Below, piece after piece: positions 1 through 10,735 of a DNA stretch of 32,041 bases (positions are counted from its first letter, which is position 1; each line of letters opens with the position of its first letter). The stretch is taken from contig MU057801.1 in assembly GCA_013265495.1 (NCBI GenBank), positions 2,039,879-2,071,919 on the forward strand, read 5' to 3'. Source of the stretch: Vicugna vicugna (Eukaryota). The position numbers were made by a program, and so were the translations under genes. The notes under the pieces are model-generated. The model did not search any database. It saw nothing but the letters and a program-made list of their open reading frames with translations, and was not told where the DNA came from.

Positions 1-229
1 TCAGGTTAGCTGAGTCTCAGACCTGGCCCCTCCAGGAGAGGGAGCCGAGGCATGCGTCCCTCTCGGGTGGGGGGCTGCTCCTGCGCACGTCCCCTGCCAC
101 CCCGGGCTGCTGCCCCCAGCACACTGATGGGGCAGGACGGATGCAGGCGTCCACACACGCCTCCCTGAATGGCATTCCCGCTGTGCTCGGCCCCCCGGTC
201 CTGGGAAGCTGATGGCTGACTTCTCTTAC

Positions 230-420
230 CTGAAGCTCCGGGGACCAGGACTGGGGCCCTGGCTCAGCCCCGCCAGGAGGATTCCGGACGTGCGTGGTTC
301 TGTGCGGGCAGGTCCAGCTCCTCGTTCTCCGGGCCACATGGTTAGGCTGCAGAAATCCAGAGGTTGGACAGCAGACCGCTGCGAAATTGCTGCATCACAT
401 CCCCAGCCGGGCCGGGCTGA
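230..420 (-). other. Candidate first exon (probably 5'UTR) of a minus-strand gene running off the left edge
   Basis: Plus-strand CTTACCTG at 225-232 reads CAG|GTAAG on minus, a near-consensus donor with the exon ending at 230. It lies just downstream (minus sense) of the HNF1/FOXA-like sites. An ATG at 339-337 opens MWPGERGAGPARTEP..., which I do not recognise. The TSS position is a guess. Confidence 0.45.
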
Positions 421-487
421 GTTTGCTTAGCAAGACAAGCGATAGTTTTGTTGAATTTCACATTTTCTACCAAGTAATAAATTAACC
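418..487 (-). promoter_or_regulatory. Candidate epithelial/liver-type promoter with FOXA-like and HNF1-like sites
   Basis: TGAGTTTGCTTAG at 418-430 (forkhead-like). GTAATAAATTAACC at 474-487 reads GGTTAATTTATTAC on minus: one perfect HNF1 half-site, the other degenerate. Both sit in an AT-rich patch next to CpG-rich 500-800. Confidence 0.45.
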
Positions 488-1529
488 TTTCTGAAACCGC
501 CACGGGGATCACGGTCGGAAAATGAAGCCGTATCCTGTCCGAACTGGCTGCAGCACACAGGCCACCGGGGGGATGGAGGGAGACGCCCGGAGGAAAGATC
601 CATCGGTGGAGTGAAAGCATCCACACCCGGGGCCCCAGACCGTGACTCCAGCCGGGCCTGAGACGGGCCCCGGCCTCCCCGCGGGGCCGACGCCAGTGCC
701 TGGAGTCGGGCTTGGGGGCCCGAGCCTGCCCTCCTGCTGCTGCCGCCGGGACCCCTTCCAGCTCTCAGCCACGAGGGCAACTGTGAGCACCGTCTCTATA
801 CCAGAGGGTAAGAAAATGCTGTGGGGAGGCTGACAGCTGCTCGGCGTCCATGAGGCAGACACACTCCTGAGCACTGAGGGAGGCAGGCTGGAGCCGGGAG
901 GCTGGGTGCAGAGGCGGGAGGTACTGACCCGGTGCGAGAACGTCGTTTGCTCAGATTTTTCTCATTCTGTGAAAAGTCTACAATCCAAAAAGCATCTATT
1001 AAGCACCTAACGTGGCTGAGTGTATGAATGGAGCAGGGATGACGCGGGTCCAAGGCGTCTGCCCTGCCCCCACCCGCCTCTCCTCTGCACTGGGCGGGGT
1101 CCGGGGGGCACTGACAGAGGGCTGGCTGGGCGGGGAGGAGAGAGGCCCGGGGCGGGGTGTCCCCCATCCTCATGCTTCCCGGGGCAGCTCCACCAGGGCC
1201 GTCTCCTGCTGGACTTCAGCTGCTGGGAGTGGAGGGCGTCCTCTCTGTGAGGTCCCTGCTGTGCCCGGCTCGGCCTGGGCAGAGGACAGGGCCCTGACAA
1301 CCCCCGGGTCGCCTGGCTCTCCAGTGGGGGCACCAGCTTCCTGGCGTTGCTACCACCTGGATTGTCACTGTTTCCTGGTCAGATCCTCAGCTCCCTGTCC
1401 TTTGTGTGAGAAATGCCCCACATTTAACCCTCTGCTGGAAGTGCCCAGCGTGGCTGCCGCTTCCCTGGGGCTCCTGCCTGCTCTGCCAGGTTTATTTCAC
1501 ATTTCCCCTCTCTCACCAGGCTTCTGACC

Positions 1530-1930
1530 CCCTGGCATCCTTTGTGTTCTGAGACGCCTGCTTCTGCCTCACCCCAGGGCCTTTGCACCGGCTTTCCCTC
1601 AGCAACATGTGCTCTGCTCACCCCCTTTTGCCCCCTACCGGCTGGTAGCTTCTTGTCCCTCAGATTGCAGCTAAAATGTTACCTTCACAGAGAACTTGAC
1701 TGACCACCTTTCTAAAGCAGCCCACCCACCCCACCCCCTTCTCAACTTACTCATTTTCTGTCTCATTGTTTATTTCTTTCAAATCGTGTGCCGCCATCTG
1801 TGATGACTGTGTTTACTGGTTTGCATGGTTGTTCATTAATGGTCATTCTTTAGCCGCCTCTCTGCTAGAGCAGGAAGCCCCAGGCCCGCACACTGCGTAA
1901 AAGCGGCAGAATGAACGAGTACATGAGTGT
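1530..1930 (+). mobile_element. LINE L2 3' fragment
   Basis: Typical L2 3' motifs in order: CAGGGCCTTTGCAC, CAGCTAAAATGTTACCTTC...GACTGACCACCTTTCTAAAGCAGC, terminal GAATGAACGAGT. Confidence 0.7.
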
Positions 1931-2016
1931 TTTAAATTGCTTGAACCCATGACAAAGTCAAAATTAAAGAAATTTCAAAAGCAAGGTACTTCTCATGTTT
2001 GGACACAGGAGGTTGT

Positions 2017-2174
2017 GTGTTTGTCTACTTGGGATGGAAAGGGCCCTGCTGACAGCTCTTCTGCAGTGGGGCAGGCCTGTGCTTCAGGGGCGTGAGTGTT
2101 TGTCTACTTGGGATGGAAAGGGCCCTGCTGACAGCTCTTCTGCACTGGGCCAGGCCTGTGCTTCAGGGGCGTGG
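2017..2174. repeat. 79-bp tandem duplication (2 copies)
   Basis: GTGTTTGTCTACTTGGGATGGAAAGGGCCC...CTTCAGGGGCGTG starts at 2017 and again at 2096; two internal mismatches (CAGTGGGGCAGG vs CACTGGGCCAGG). Confidence 0.95.
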
Positions 2175-2200
2175 GGGTGGGGGTGGGGGTGGGGAGGTGG
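2172..2200 (+). other. G-quadruplex-capable (GGGGGT)n tract
   Basis: TGGGGGTGGGGGTGGGGGTGGGGAGGTGG: four G-runs with 1-nt loops. Confidence 0.75.
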
Positions 2201-3130
2201 CGTCTCCCCGCCTTTGAGTGTACGGTTTGCTCTGGACCAGAGTCACCGTCTGGACGGTGGTGGGTGCCCTCCTGCCAAAGCGCCACTGCTTACAAGCACC
2301 TCCCTGCAAAGCGAAGACATGGTTCCTGTCGCCTGGTTGGTCCATCAAACCTTCACAGAGATGGCTGGTGCCCCGACCTGCGTCCCTCTGTCCCTCTGAC
2401 CTCATCTTCAACCGGGAGGGACAGTCCCCGTCAGTGCACGACTTCCCACCTCCCTTCTCCCTGCCGGAGGGCTCCCCAGCCCTAGGCGCTGGCATCATTT
2501 CGGGCAAGCCCACCCTGGAGGGGAGTGTGTGCAGGCCCTCCGTCAAGAGGGTGGGGGGCGCTGTGGCTGGGGTGCAGGGTGACGGTGGGACAGCACGCCC
2601 CAGCCTCCGGGTCTCCCAGGGCCATTTCCAGGCATGGGCCACCGTTTCTCTGTCTTCTGCAGGATTAGCCCTGGACGTCTGCCAGGGTCACCTGCTCACT
2701 AACACTTTGTTATCCCCCTCCCTCTCTCTGTCTCACTTCCCCACCCCTCTCTGATGCTTCCTGGGACCACCCCCAAAGGACCACCTCCCTGCACCCAAAG
2801 CCTCGTCTCCAAGCCGAGCGACCCCAGCCCACTTCCTCAGCAGCGTCCCTCCTTGCTGTGGGGAGAACTCGCTTCTGTGGAAGGTGGTGGCCGTATCTCC
2901 CCACCCCCGCCCTCCTCACCGGGACACAGACTGGCGTTGGCTGGGGGCCCATCTCCCTGTCCCACACGATGGCCCAGACACCTGTGCACGGAGCTGACGG
3001 CCTAGGGGAAGACCTTGTTCAGACCGGCCAGCGTGCGCTCTCCCTGAGCTGCCTCCAGCCTAGATCTGCCTGCGCCCTGACACTGATCGCCCCGTCAGCA
3101 AAGCTTCACAGAGTGCAGTTGGCCAGCGTG

Positions 3131-3462
3131 GCCACTGTGACCCCAATATCACCCCTGTGACCCCAACACCACCCCTGTGACCTCAACACCACCCCTGTGA
3201 CCCCAATATCACNNNNNNNNNNNNNNNNNNNNNNNNNNNNNNNNNNNNNNNNNNNNNNNNNNNNNNNNNNNNNNNNNNNNNNNNNNNNNNNNNNNNNNNN
3301 NNNNNNNNNNNNNNNNNNNNNNNNNNNNNNNNNNNNNNNNNNNNNNNNNNNNNNNNNNNNNNNNCCCCTGTGGCCCCAATATCACCCCTGTGACCCCAAT
3401 ATCACCACTGTGACCCCAACACCACCCCTGTGGCCCCAATATCACCCCTGTGACCCCGACAC
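3131..3462. repeat. 20-bp minisatellite (ACCCCTGTGACCCCAATATC / ...AACACC) spanning an assembly gap
   Basis: Units start at 3131, 3151, 3171, 3191 and 3211, and about five more follow the N run. Confidence 0.95.
3213..3364. other. Assembly gap (152 N)
   Basis: Run of N inside the minisatellite. Confidence 1.
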
Positions 3463-4915
3463 ATCCACTACAAGCTGCACCTGACTGACCAGGGGGGCGG
3501 TCATGCCCCAGGGCGAAGACAAGCCTGCCTTTTACCCGTTGTTGGTCTGTGAGCCCCTAGTTCCGAGGAAGTGTCCCTGAGGATCGGTCAAAGTACAGCG
3601 CTGTCGCTTGGGTGCCCTAGGCCGATGGCCGTAGTGACTCCAGGCGTGTGGGCGCAGGTGGAAGGTAAATCACATTTAACGGGGATGAACCAACTGCAAT
3701 GAAGCAGTGTGGGCAGCAGGGGGAGGCAGAGGACGCCGTTTTGTGGGTCCGTCAGTCCAGCCCAGGCTCCCCGCCCGGCCCACAGGAGGGCAGGCAGAGC
3801 CCCACCGGCCCAAGAAACAGTCCTGTAAAAATGCCACATGCTGGGGCGGTTCAAGCTCAAAATAAACGCAAGGTGTAGGCTGGGGTAATGCCCCAGCGTG
3901 GCCCAGAGGACAGCCGTTTCCAGACGGACCACACCCGACCTCCGGCTTTGCCTCCCGCTGCAGAGACCAGGTGGGCTGTGCGTTCAGGGCTGGGGGGGCG
4001 GTCTGTGCCTTTAAGCCCAGGGCCTCTGCCCATGTTGTCCCCAAAGCAAGTCCCCTCGCTGCCCTGCCTCCCTGTCCTCCTCGGGGTCACTGCCTGCATC
4101 CTGGACCAGTGCCGCTCAGCAGAACTGTCCGCCGCGGGGGCATGCTCCCTGTCAGCGTCTTGCAGCGTGGTGGCTGCTGAGAGCCTGAAACATAAATGCT
4201 GCGACTAAGGAAGTGGGGTTTTTAGCTTTATTTAATAGTAATTAATTTAAGTTTTAAGATTAAAATGGAAACAGCCAGGCGTGGCCAGTGACTGTAGTGC
4301 TGGACGGCACTGTGGTCGAGGACCAGAGATGCAATCTCGCCATCGTGCTCTCAGTGCTGCATCTGCTGCCATTCCTGATGGCTCCAGCCTGCTTGCTGCT
4401 GCTCTCTTCCACAACCTGGCCTCTCGGTTCTTTATTTTTCCCTCCAGCTTTATTGAGATGTACTTGACATGTAACATCGTGTAGCTTAAGGTGCACAAGG
4501 TGTTAATGTGACACCTTTACGATACACGTACTTATTGCAGAATGCTCACCACCACAGCGCCAGCTAACACCTCCGTCTCATCAAGTATCTCTCTTGGGGC
4601 TGAGAACATTTAAGATCCACCCGCTTAGCGTTCAAGAATACAAAACACTGGTCTGTACATCAGATTCCCAGAAGCCGTAAATCTAATCACGGAACAGCAT
4701 CTCTCCATGGCTCCCATCCTGTAACCCCTGGTAATCATCCTTCTACTTTCTGTTTCCATGAGTCTGGCTTTTTTCGGATTTCACGCATCAGTGAGATCGT
4801 GCAGGATTTGTCTTGGTCTGACTTAACCCGCCCAGCTTCATGCTCTCGAGGGCTCTCACACTGGGGCAAACATCGGGATTTCCTTCCTCCTTGCGGCCGA
4901 ATAAAACTCCATTGT

Positions 4916-5012
4916 TAGAAGACGAATATATGCATGTACGTACATGACTGGGACGCGGTGCTGTAGCCCAGAGCTTGACACATTGTAACTCACTGTAAGT
5001 CAATAAAAAAAA
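4916..5012 (+). mobile_element. Short young (camelid-type) L1 3' tail nested in the old L1
   Basis: CATGACTGGGACGCGGTGCTGTAGCCCAGAGCTTGACACATTGTAACTCACTGTAAGTCAATAAAAAAAA. Degraded TSD-like flanks AAAACTCCATTGT (4903-4915) and AAAATTCTGTTGT (5009-5021). Confidence 0.75.
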
Positions 5013-5053
5013 TTCTGTTGTCTATATATACATATATACAAATCACATCTGCT

Positions 5054-5281
5054 TTATCCATTCATCAACTGATGGACACTTAGGCTGTTCCCATGTCTTG
5101 GTAATTGTAATAATGCTGCTGTGAACATGGGGGTCCACATAGCTCTTTGAGACCCTGATTTAATTTCCTCTGGACACACGCCCAAGAGTGGGATTGCTGG
5201 ATCACACGGCAGTTCTATTTCTAGTTGTCTGAGGAGCTTCCGCACTGCTTTCCACAGGGGCTTCGCCGTTTGCGTTCCCAC
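5054..5281 (-). pseudogene. Decayed L1 ORF2 C-terminal coding remnant
   Basis: Translation KPLWKAVRKLLRQLEIELPCDPAIPLLGVCPEEIKS...TPMFTAALL matches the L1 ORF2 motif QPLWKTVWRFLKKLKIELPYDPAIPLLGIYP...TPMFIAALF; it frameshifts afterwards. Confidence 0.9.
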
Positions 5282-5639
5282 CAGCAGTGCGCAAGGGCTC
5301 CCTTCCTCTGCGTCCTCGACTACGCTTGTTACTCCTCGTCTTTTGGTGATACTGGCCTTTCCGTCCCTGAGCCCTGTGCTCCACGGGTCTTGTTTGTGGC
5401 TTTACTCCAGACATTGCTGCCACCAGCAGTAACTACAGCTCTGCCCCATCTGATTTTCAAGCACCCCGCTTCCTGACCAGCACATCCTCTATTTCCAGCC
5501 CAACAACCTCCACGCCCACTGGGGTCTCCACTCCGTCGGTCCCACCACGTTCTACCTCGCTGGTGCTGAATGTTCTGTGTCATCTCACTCTTAGTGAGCT
5601 TTTCATGAGACACGCTTACGTCGGGGAGAGAGGTGATTC

Positions 5640-6168
5640 TCTGTGGTCTTGCTGTTACGCTTGGCTGGGTGAAGTCAGAGCAGGCTCGGCTTACCCAGCT
5701 GCTGAGGCGACACTTGGAGCCTCCGACTGACACCCAGGGCACCGTGGGGCTGGGGCCCGTGGGCTCTTCCTTCTGCTCCGTCTGAGGACTCGTCTCAGCC
5801 GGTCCTTCCACCTGCAGACAGAAGGCGGTGCTCTGCTCTCTGCAGTGGCCCTCTCTGCCCCGAGGACTCCAGCAGCTGTGGCCTCCCCAGACCCCCGCTG
5901 CATCTCACCTCCGGGAGGCCTCCGTCTTCTGCCCAGCGTCCCCTTCCTGCTGTGCGACCTGGACCCTCTCCAGGAGGTAAGATGGGCAATGGAAGACTGT
6001 TTCCTTTCTCTCAGGGGTTCCTGCCAGGGCTGCCTGCCTCCCTGCGTCTAAACACCATTGTTTGAGATCTAAATTGGGGGTGTGTGGGAAGGGAGGTCCA
6101 GTTTTAGTTGTTTAAGGTGGGACGGTAAATCTGGCCTGCTAGGTCCATCTTGGCTGGAAGCAAAAGTC
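5640..6168 (-). mobile_element. Ancient L1M 5'UTR fragment, antisense
   Basis: CCAGTTTTAGTTGTTTAAGGTGGGACGGTAAATCTGG...CCATCTTGGCTGGAAGCAAAAGTC; minus strand begins GACTTTTGCTTCCAGCCAAGATGG, the L1 5' start with its YY1-like motif. Left boundary uncertain. Confidence 0.65.
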
Positions 6169-6339
6169 CTCACGCCCTCCGTCCCTGGCTCCAGCCTCGT
6201 GGTCCTCACTGTAAGGACCCCCCCCACCCCAGCTTGGCAAGCCCATCGCCCTGCCTCTGTGCCGCTGAGCACGTCTGCAGAGCAGCAGCCTGGAGATGGC
6301 CTGACTTTGAGTTCACGGCCGTGAACCCCAGTGGTCGTT

Positions 6340-7190
6340 CTCGCTGCCTGACGATCTTGCTGTTGGTCTCCAGTCCAACCTCGGTCATCCTCTCCTAAAG
6401 GGCCATGTGACCCTTCCCCGTCTCCTCGAACCCCTGACATCACCACCCCTCTCCTTTCTCTTAGCTTCCAACTCTGCTGGAAAGCTTTGAGCAGCCATAG
6501 AACTTCCCGGGACGGTCCTGCCCCCTTTCCTGGCCCGCCGTCGCTGCCCTCGAACCTCCACCACCTCCCCTCCCCCGGAGACGAGCGCCGCACGCCGTCT
6601 GGCGCCCGGGTGCTCGGCTGCCACCGGGCTCGGCGTCTCCGCCCTCGGACGTCGCTGCAGCGATTCCCCCTGCTCTCTTTTTCACGTCGTCCAGTGCGTG
6701 GCTTTCAGCCGCTCGTTCCCATCACGCGAGAAGCACGTTACTGTTGCTTCATCTTAAAAGAACTCTTGCCCTTGCTTCCTCCCCCAGAGTCCGTGACACT
6801 TCTTTGCTTCCCGTGGGAAGCAAAACTCCTTGAACGACCACACTCACCATCCATAGTGCGTCTCCTCCACGTTCCCCTGGTTCCACTCCGATCGGGCTTC
6901 GGCCCCCAGCACACGCCTGAGACTGCTCTTGTCTAGGTCACTTCCCTGTTGTCAAAGCCAAATATTTTCTGCGCGTGGCTTCCAGGGCACCTCACGGTGC
7001 CCGCCTTCTGTCCCAGCCACCTTGCGGGTTTCTCCTTCTGTCCACGACCTTGGCATGTGGAGCCCCTCAGACTCGGTCCTCCATCCTTTTCTCTGTCGAA
7101 ACCCTCTCCACAATGATCTCACCCCGCCTGTGGCTTTAAACACCATCCAGATGGCAAACCCTCTCCCCCATTCATATCTTTAAGCCACAC
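6340..7190 (+). mobile_element. LINE L2 ORF2 (reverse transcriptase) remnant
   Basis: ORF 6487-6936 ends AKLLER...PLRSGFGPQHTPETALV, cf. L2/CR1 RT SKLLER...PLQSGFRPHHSTETALVKV. 7055-7185 resembles decayed GVPQGSVLGP...HGFKYHLYADD coding DNA (TGGCTTTAAACACCATC). Confidence 0.8.
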
Positions 7191-7682
7191 CCACTCAGAC
7201 AAGACCCTCCGAGGCAAGTTTCAGCAGCTCAGCCGCGGCACCCGCGTGGTCCGGCGCGAGTGAGGACCTAGCTCGCGGTGGACTGGTGGCGGCCACGCTA
7301 GCAGCTACGATGCTGTCGAGGTTTTGGGTAAGTCGTGCACTGTGATGAGCTCAGTGTCTGGCGTGGTGCTGCCCTGTCCGCCCCCGACCTCTCCCGTCCT
7401 CCTCGCGCACCTCTGCCCATCCTAGGAGGTGTCGGGCAGCCCGCCCCCCGTGGCTGGAGGGGATCCAGAGCCCTTCCGAACGTCAGCAGCCACGTGACTT
7501 GTCCACGGACAGGCCATCCGCCGGGGCCTTGGCGGCCAATGGCGTTCTGCGCGTTTTCTCCCTGTGGGGGAGGCTGGACCCCAGCGTGGAGCAGACAAGG
7601 GGAGAAGGAGCAGCTGAGGAGACGGACCCCGCCTGCGCCAGCTGAGGGGGCGGGGCCCTGCAGACACCTGACAGACACCTGA

Positions 7683-7760
7683 GCGCATGCACGGGGTGCG
7701 TGTGCATGTGGGTGTGCGTGCCTGCGTGTGCACGTGGGAGCACGTGCCTGCGTGTGTGTT
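7683..7760. repeat. Degenerate (GT/GC)n alternating purine-pyrimidine tract
   Basis: GCGCATGCAC...GTGCGTGTGCATGTGGGTGTGCGTG...GCGTGTGTGT. Confidence 0.7.
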
Positions 7761-7869
7761 CAGGAATTTGTAATCACACCTAAGGGGCTGGGCAGGGCCC
7801 CCCACCCCGCTTTTCGGGAGAGACTGTCCCTAGAGACTGAGTGTGGCGGGGGGGCAGGGCCGCTGGCAT

Positions 7870-8180
7870 CAGCAGCTGCTTTTAATAAGCCCGCTCACCT
7901 CCGCTGATTGACACGCCCGTCAGAATAAAAGGGAAATGGAAGCAACCCGCCGCGCAGGGAGTCGGACGGACTGGTGGAGCCCCCGGGCCCAGGTTCGCTG
8001 CGCGCGCCCTCCCCTCCGGGGCACAGATACGCGCGAATGAGAGCAGAGCGCGCCTGTCTGTCCTGCTGCCTCTGTGCCTGCTGGGCCCGAGCCGTGCGCT
8101 CTGCCACCAGTCCGTCCCGGGGCAGAGATAATGCGATGCAATGTTTTCACCAAAAATGCTTCCTTTCTCTCCCAGGTGTT
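7870..8180. promoter_or_regulatory. Candidate enhancer or alternative promoter (CpG-rich motif cluster)
   Basis: E-box CAGCTG 7873-7878; TGATTGACA (PBX/PKNOX-like) 7905-7913; AGATAA 8126-8131; dense CpG; no repeat recognised. Confidence 0.35.
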
Positions 8181-9479
8181 CAGAGACAGCATTTCCGCCT
8201 CCCTTGTGCTGGGGGCGAGCGGCTGATGGGATGTGGGTGTCAGTGAGGCAGCTCGGTCCCCAAACCTCCCGGGAAGGCTCCGTTCTCTCTCCTCCATCGC
8301 CGGCCCACCCACCGCAGCGGGTCCACAGAGCCCCAGAGCAGCTGCGCTGCCAGAGGGAAGGACCCGGAGGAGCCCCGCTCCCTCGCCCCCAGTCACGCTG
8401 CCCGCCACAACCGGATGGAACCAAGGATGCATCCTCTGGTCAGATTCAGTCCTTCCCGCGTCTGCACCTCTGGGCGGCGAACTTCACAGGTGCACCTCAG
8501 CGTCTTCCCCGCTTGGCGGGGTGCGGTTGGGTGATCTCCTTTCCCCAGGCCTTGGGCTCTGGTTCGACTCCAGCAGACCAGGCTCTGGTCAGACACTGTC
8601 CCTCGAGGGCAGGTCTCATGACAGAGAACGGGCGCTGGGCTGCGTTTCAGATGGGTTCTTCCTCTCTGCCCTGCCGGGGGCCCTGGGGGTCTCTGAGCCA
8701 GTCGCTGTGGGGACACAGCGGGGCTCTGGGAGGCAGAACTCAGACATGTGGGCCCCCGCGGCTGCCCCTTCCCGGAGTTTTAACTGAGACCTGTGCACAC
8801 TGAGCCTCCGGCAACGGGCCACCGCGCGTTAGGCTCTCCCGTCCTGGCTCTGGTCCCCGCCGAGGTTTCCGCTGGCGAGTCCCTCCTCCAGAGCACCATG
8901 ATTCCGTGCACCTGCCGGGCTGTTTCTCCCGTTTTGGGGGGAGCGGCCTCCCCGGTGACCTCACTTCTCTGAAGGATCTAAGAAGAGCTGCAGGCTTTTC
9001 AGTTTGCTCGGCTTTTTGCTTGTTGCTAAGTCAGACCCACAACTTCCACGCCGCACTGGAAGCCAGCGCTGCCTGAGGCGAAGTCGGCCAAGGCAGCGGG
9101 AGGGCTGGGGGAGCCGCCCGGGGGCCGCAGAGGGGCCTGGGGGCGCGGGTGCAGGCAGGCCCTCCCGGGGGCCGCTCCCCGGGGCTGCCCCGGGGCAGAG
9201 GGACTGACCTTCGCCACACGAGCGTGATTCCCCTTAACCCCGGTCGGTGGGCGGTTGGGCGCTAACTGTGCTTCGGGTGGTTGTTCGGGGCGCGGAGGCT
9301 GCAGCACAGGGGTGACGGCGCTGACAAGAACCCCCTCAGACGCTGCCGACCACGAGGACCGCGTGTCCCTTTGCCCAAGACAGTCCCGGCCGTGTCTTCG
9401 GGCATCTGTCCTGGTCCGACTCCCCCTTCTGCTCTTTCACGTCCCTTCCTTTTCCTCCAGTGTCTGTACAACTCAACCC

Positions 9480-10195
9480 GAAGCCCTCAGGTGGAGCCAA
9501 GTGAGTCCACAGGAGTCGGGTAAGATACAGGCTACGTACACGGTCAGAACGTCTCCCCTCGTGGCGCGTGTTTACTACGAAGAGGGGGAAGCCAGCTCTC
9601 GGCAGAGGAGCCCGGCTGACAGCCGCTCGGCCAGGCGGACGGAGTGCGTGTCGCCAGCTGCAGGACAAGCCGGGCCACCTGAAGGGGCACGGTGAGCGGG
9701 CACAGCGCCACTCGGGGGCGGTCCTCCGGAGATGCACCTGCATCCCGGCAGGAGGGAGCGTGAGGCTGACGCGAGCTGAGGAAGAGTCCACGGCCCATTC
9801 TCTGCACAGCGCCGGGGCCACGGGGGTCCAGGAGAGACCAAGGAGCTCTTCGGGCTGCAGGCGACTAAAAATACACGATGACGGAATGCCCCACGTGACG
9901 CTGAACGAGATCCTGTTTCTGTAAAAGACGTTGTCGGGACAATTGGCGAAGCCTGGATGGAGACTGAGGACTGGATGCGGTGAAGCCTCAGTGTCCGCTT
10001 CCTGGTTTTGATGGTTCTATTGTGTTCAGGGAGGAAGGCGGCCTCGCTTGTAGGAAAGGTACATCCCCACACTCAGGGATCGTGGGCGTCCCGTCAGCAT
10101 AGCTCAGAAGTGACCTCAGGGAGGGAGGAAAGAGTTCTTTCACAACACGTCGCTTTTCTGTAAGTTTGAACACCTTTTCAGAATATAACGTTTAA
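9480..10195 (+). mobile_element. L1MC-type 3'UTR, heavily GC-shifted
   Basis: GACGTTGTCGGGACAATTGGCGAAG, TTCCTGGTTTTGATGGTTCTATTGTG, GCTTGTAGGAAA and GCTTTTCTGTAAGTTTGAA...TTTCAGAATATAA are L1MC4/5-type 3' hallmarks; the upstream part is collinear but GC-enriched. Confidence 0.75.
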
Positions 10196-10549
10196 ACCCC
10201 CCAGTGTGGAAGGGAAGTTATGTGACTGCCCCGCTTACGGAGGTGAGTTCCTCTAAAGCTCCTTCTCCAAGCCGTCCCTGCGCCGGACTCGGGTGCGTCC
10301 TCACAGTTAAGTCTCTTCCTCTGGAGAAAAGCCTTCTGCAGAGCGACACGGAGGGCGCAGCCCTCGGACAGAGCTTGGGGGTGTCAGAGCTGAAGTCTCC
10401 AAGAGAGCGAGTGAGGGGAGCAAAGAGTAAGCCCCAGGCTTGGGAGCCGAGCGTGCATCCAGAAGGTGCAGAAGGTGGCCGTGCCTGGCAAACCCCTGAG
10501 CGGGGAGCCCAACCCTTTGTGGGTCTTCGCACACCAACTCACCGTCACT

Positions 10550-10735
10550 GTTTCACTTTCCTTTTCATTATAGTGACTGCAAGATACTGACTATCGTAGA
10601 AACTAGTTGTTTATCTATTTCATATGTAGTACTTTGTATGAAAATGGGTATTTGATGCACAGGACACTGGAATCTAGTGCAACCTTGTAAAGTGACTCTA
10701 CTTCAATAAAAAAGAATGCAAATAAAAAAATAAAT
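10550..10735 (+). mobile_element. Young L1 3' tail with inverted 5' portion (twin-priming structure)
   Basis: ~10553-10635 is antisense L1 tail (CTTTTCATTATAGTGACTGCAAGATACTG...GTTGTTTATCTATTTCATATGTAGTA). ~10636-10735 is the adjacent sense segment ending CCTTGTAAAGTGACTCTACTTCAATAAAAAAG plus an A-rich tail. Confidence 0.65.

Larger units (their letters stand above)
4427..5356 (-). mobile_element. Old L1 (L1MA/MB-type) 3' end, antisense, including the ORF2 C-terminus
   Basis: CAGCTTTATTGAGATGTACTTGACATGTAACAT... is an antisense L1 3'UTR; TTTATCCATTCATCAACTGATGGACACTTAGGCTGTTCCCATGTCTTGG is antisense ORF2 end. Confidence 0.9.

Noticed and set aside
230..339. Peptide MWPGERGAGPARTEP loosely resembling the FRMD1 N-terminus as I recall it
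   Set aside because: Only a few residues match and the following sequence does not; more likely a uORF or chance.
3131..3462. Regular repeat array that might suggest CRISPR
   Set aside because: Head-to-tail 20-bp units without unique spacers, no cas genes, mammalian context: a minisatellite.
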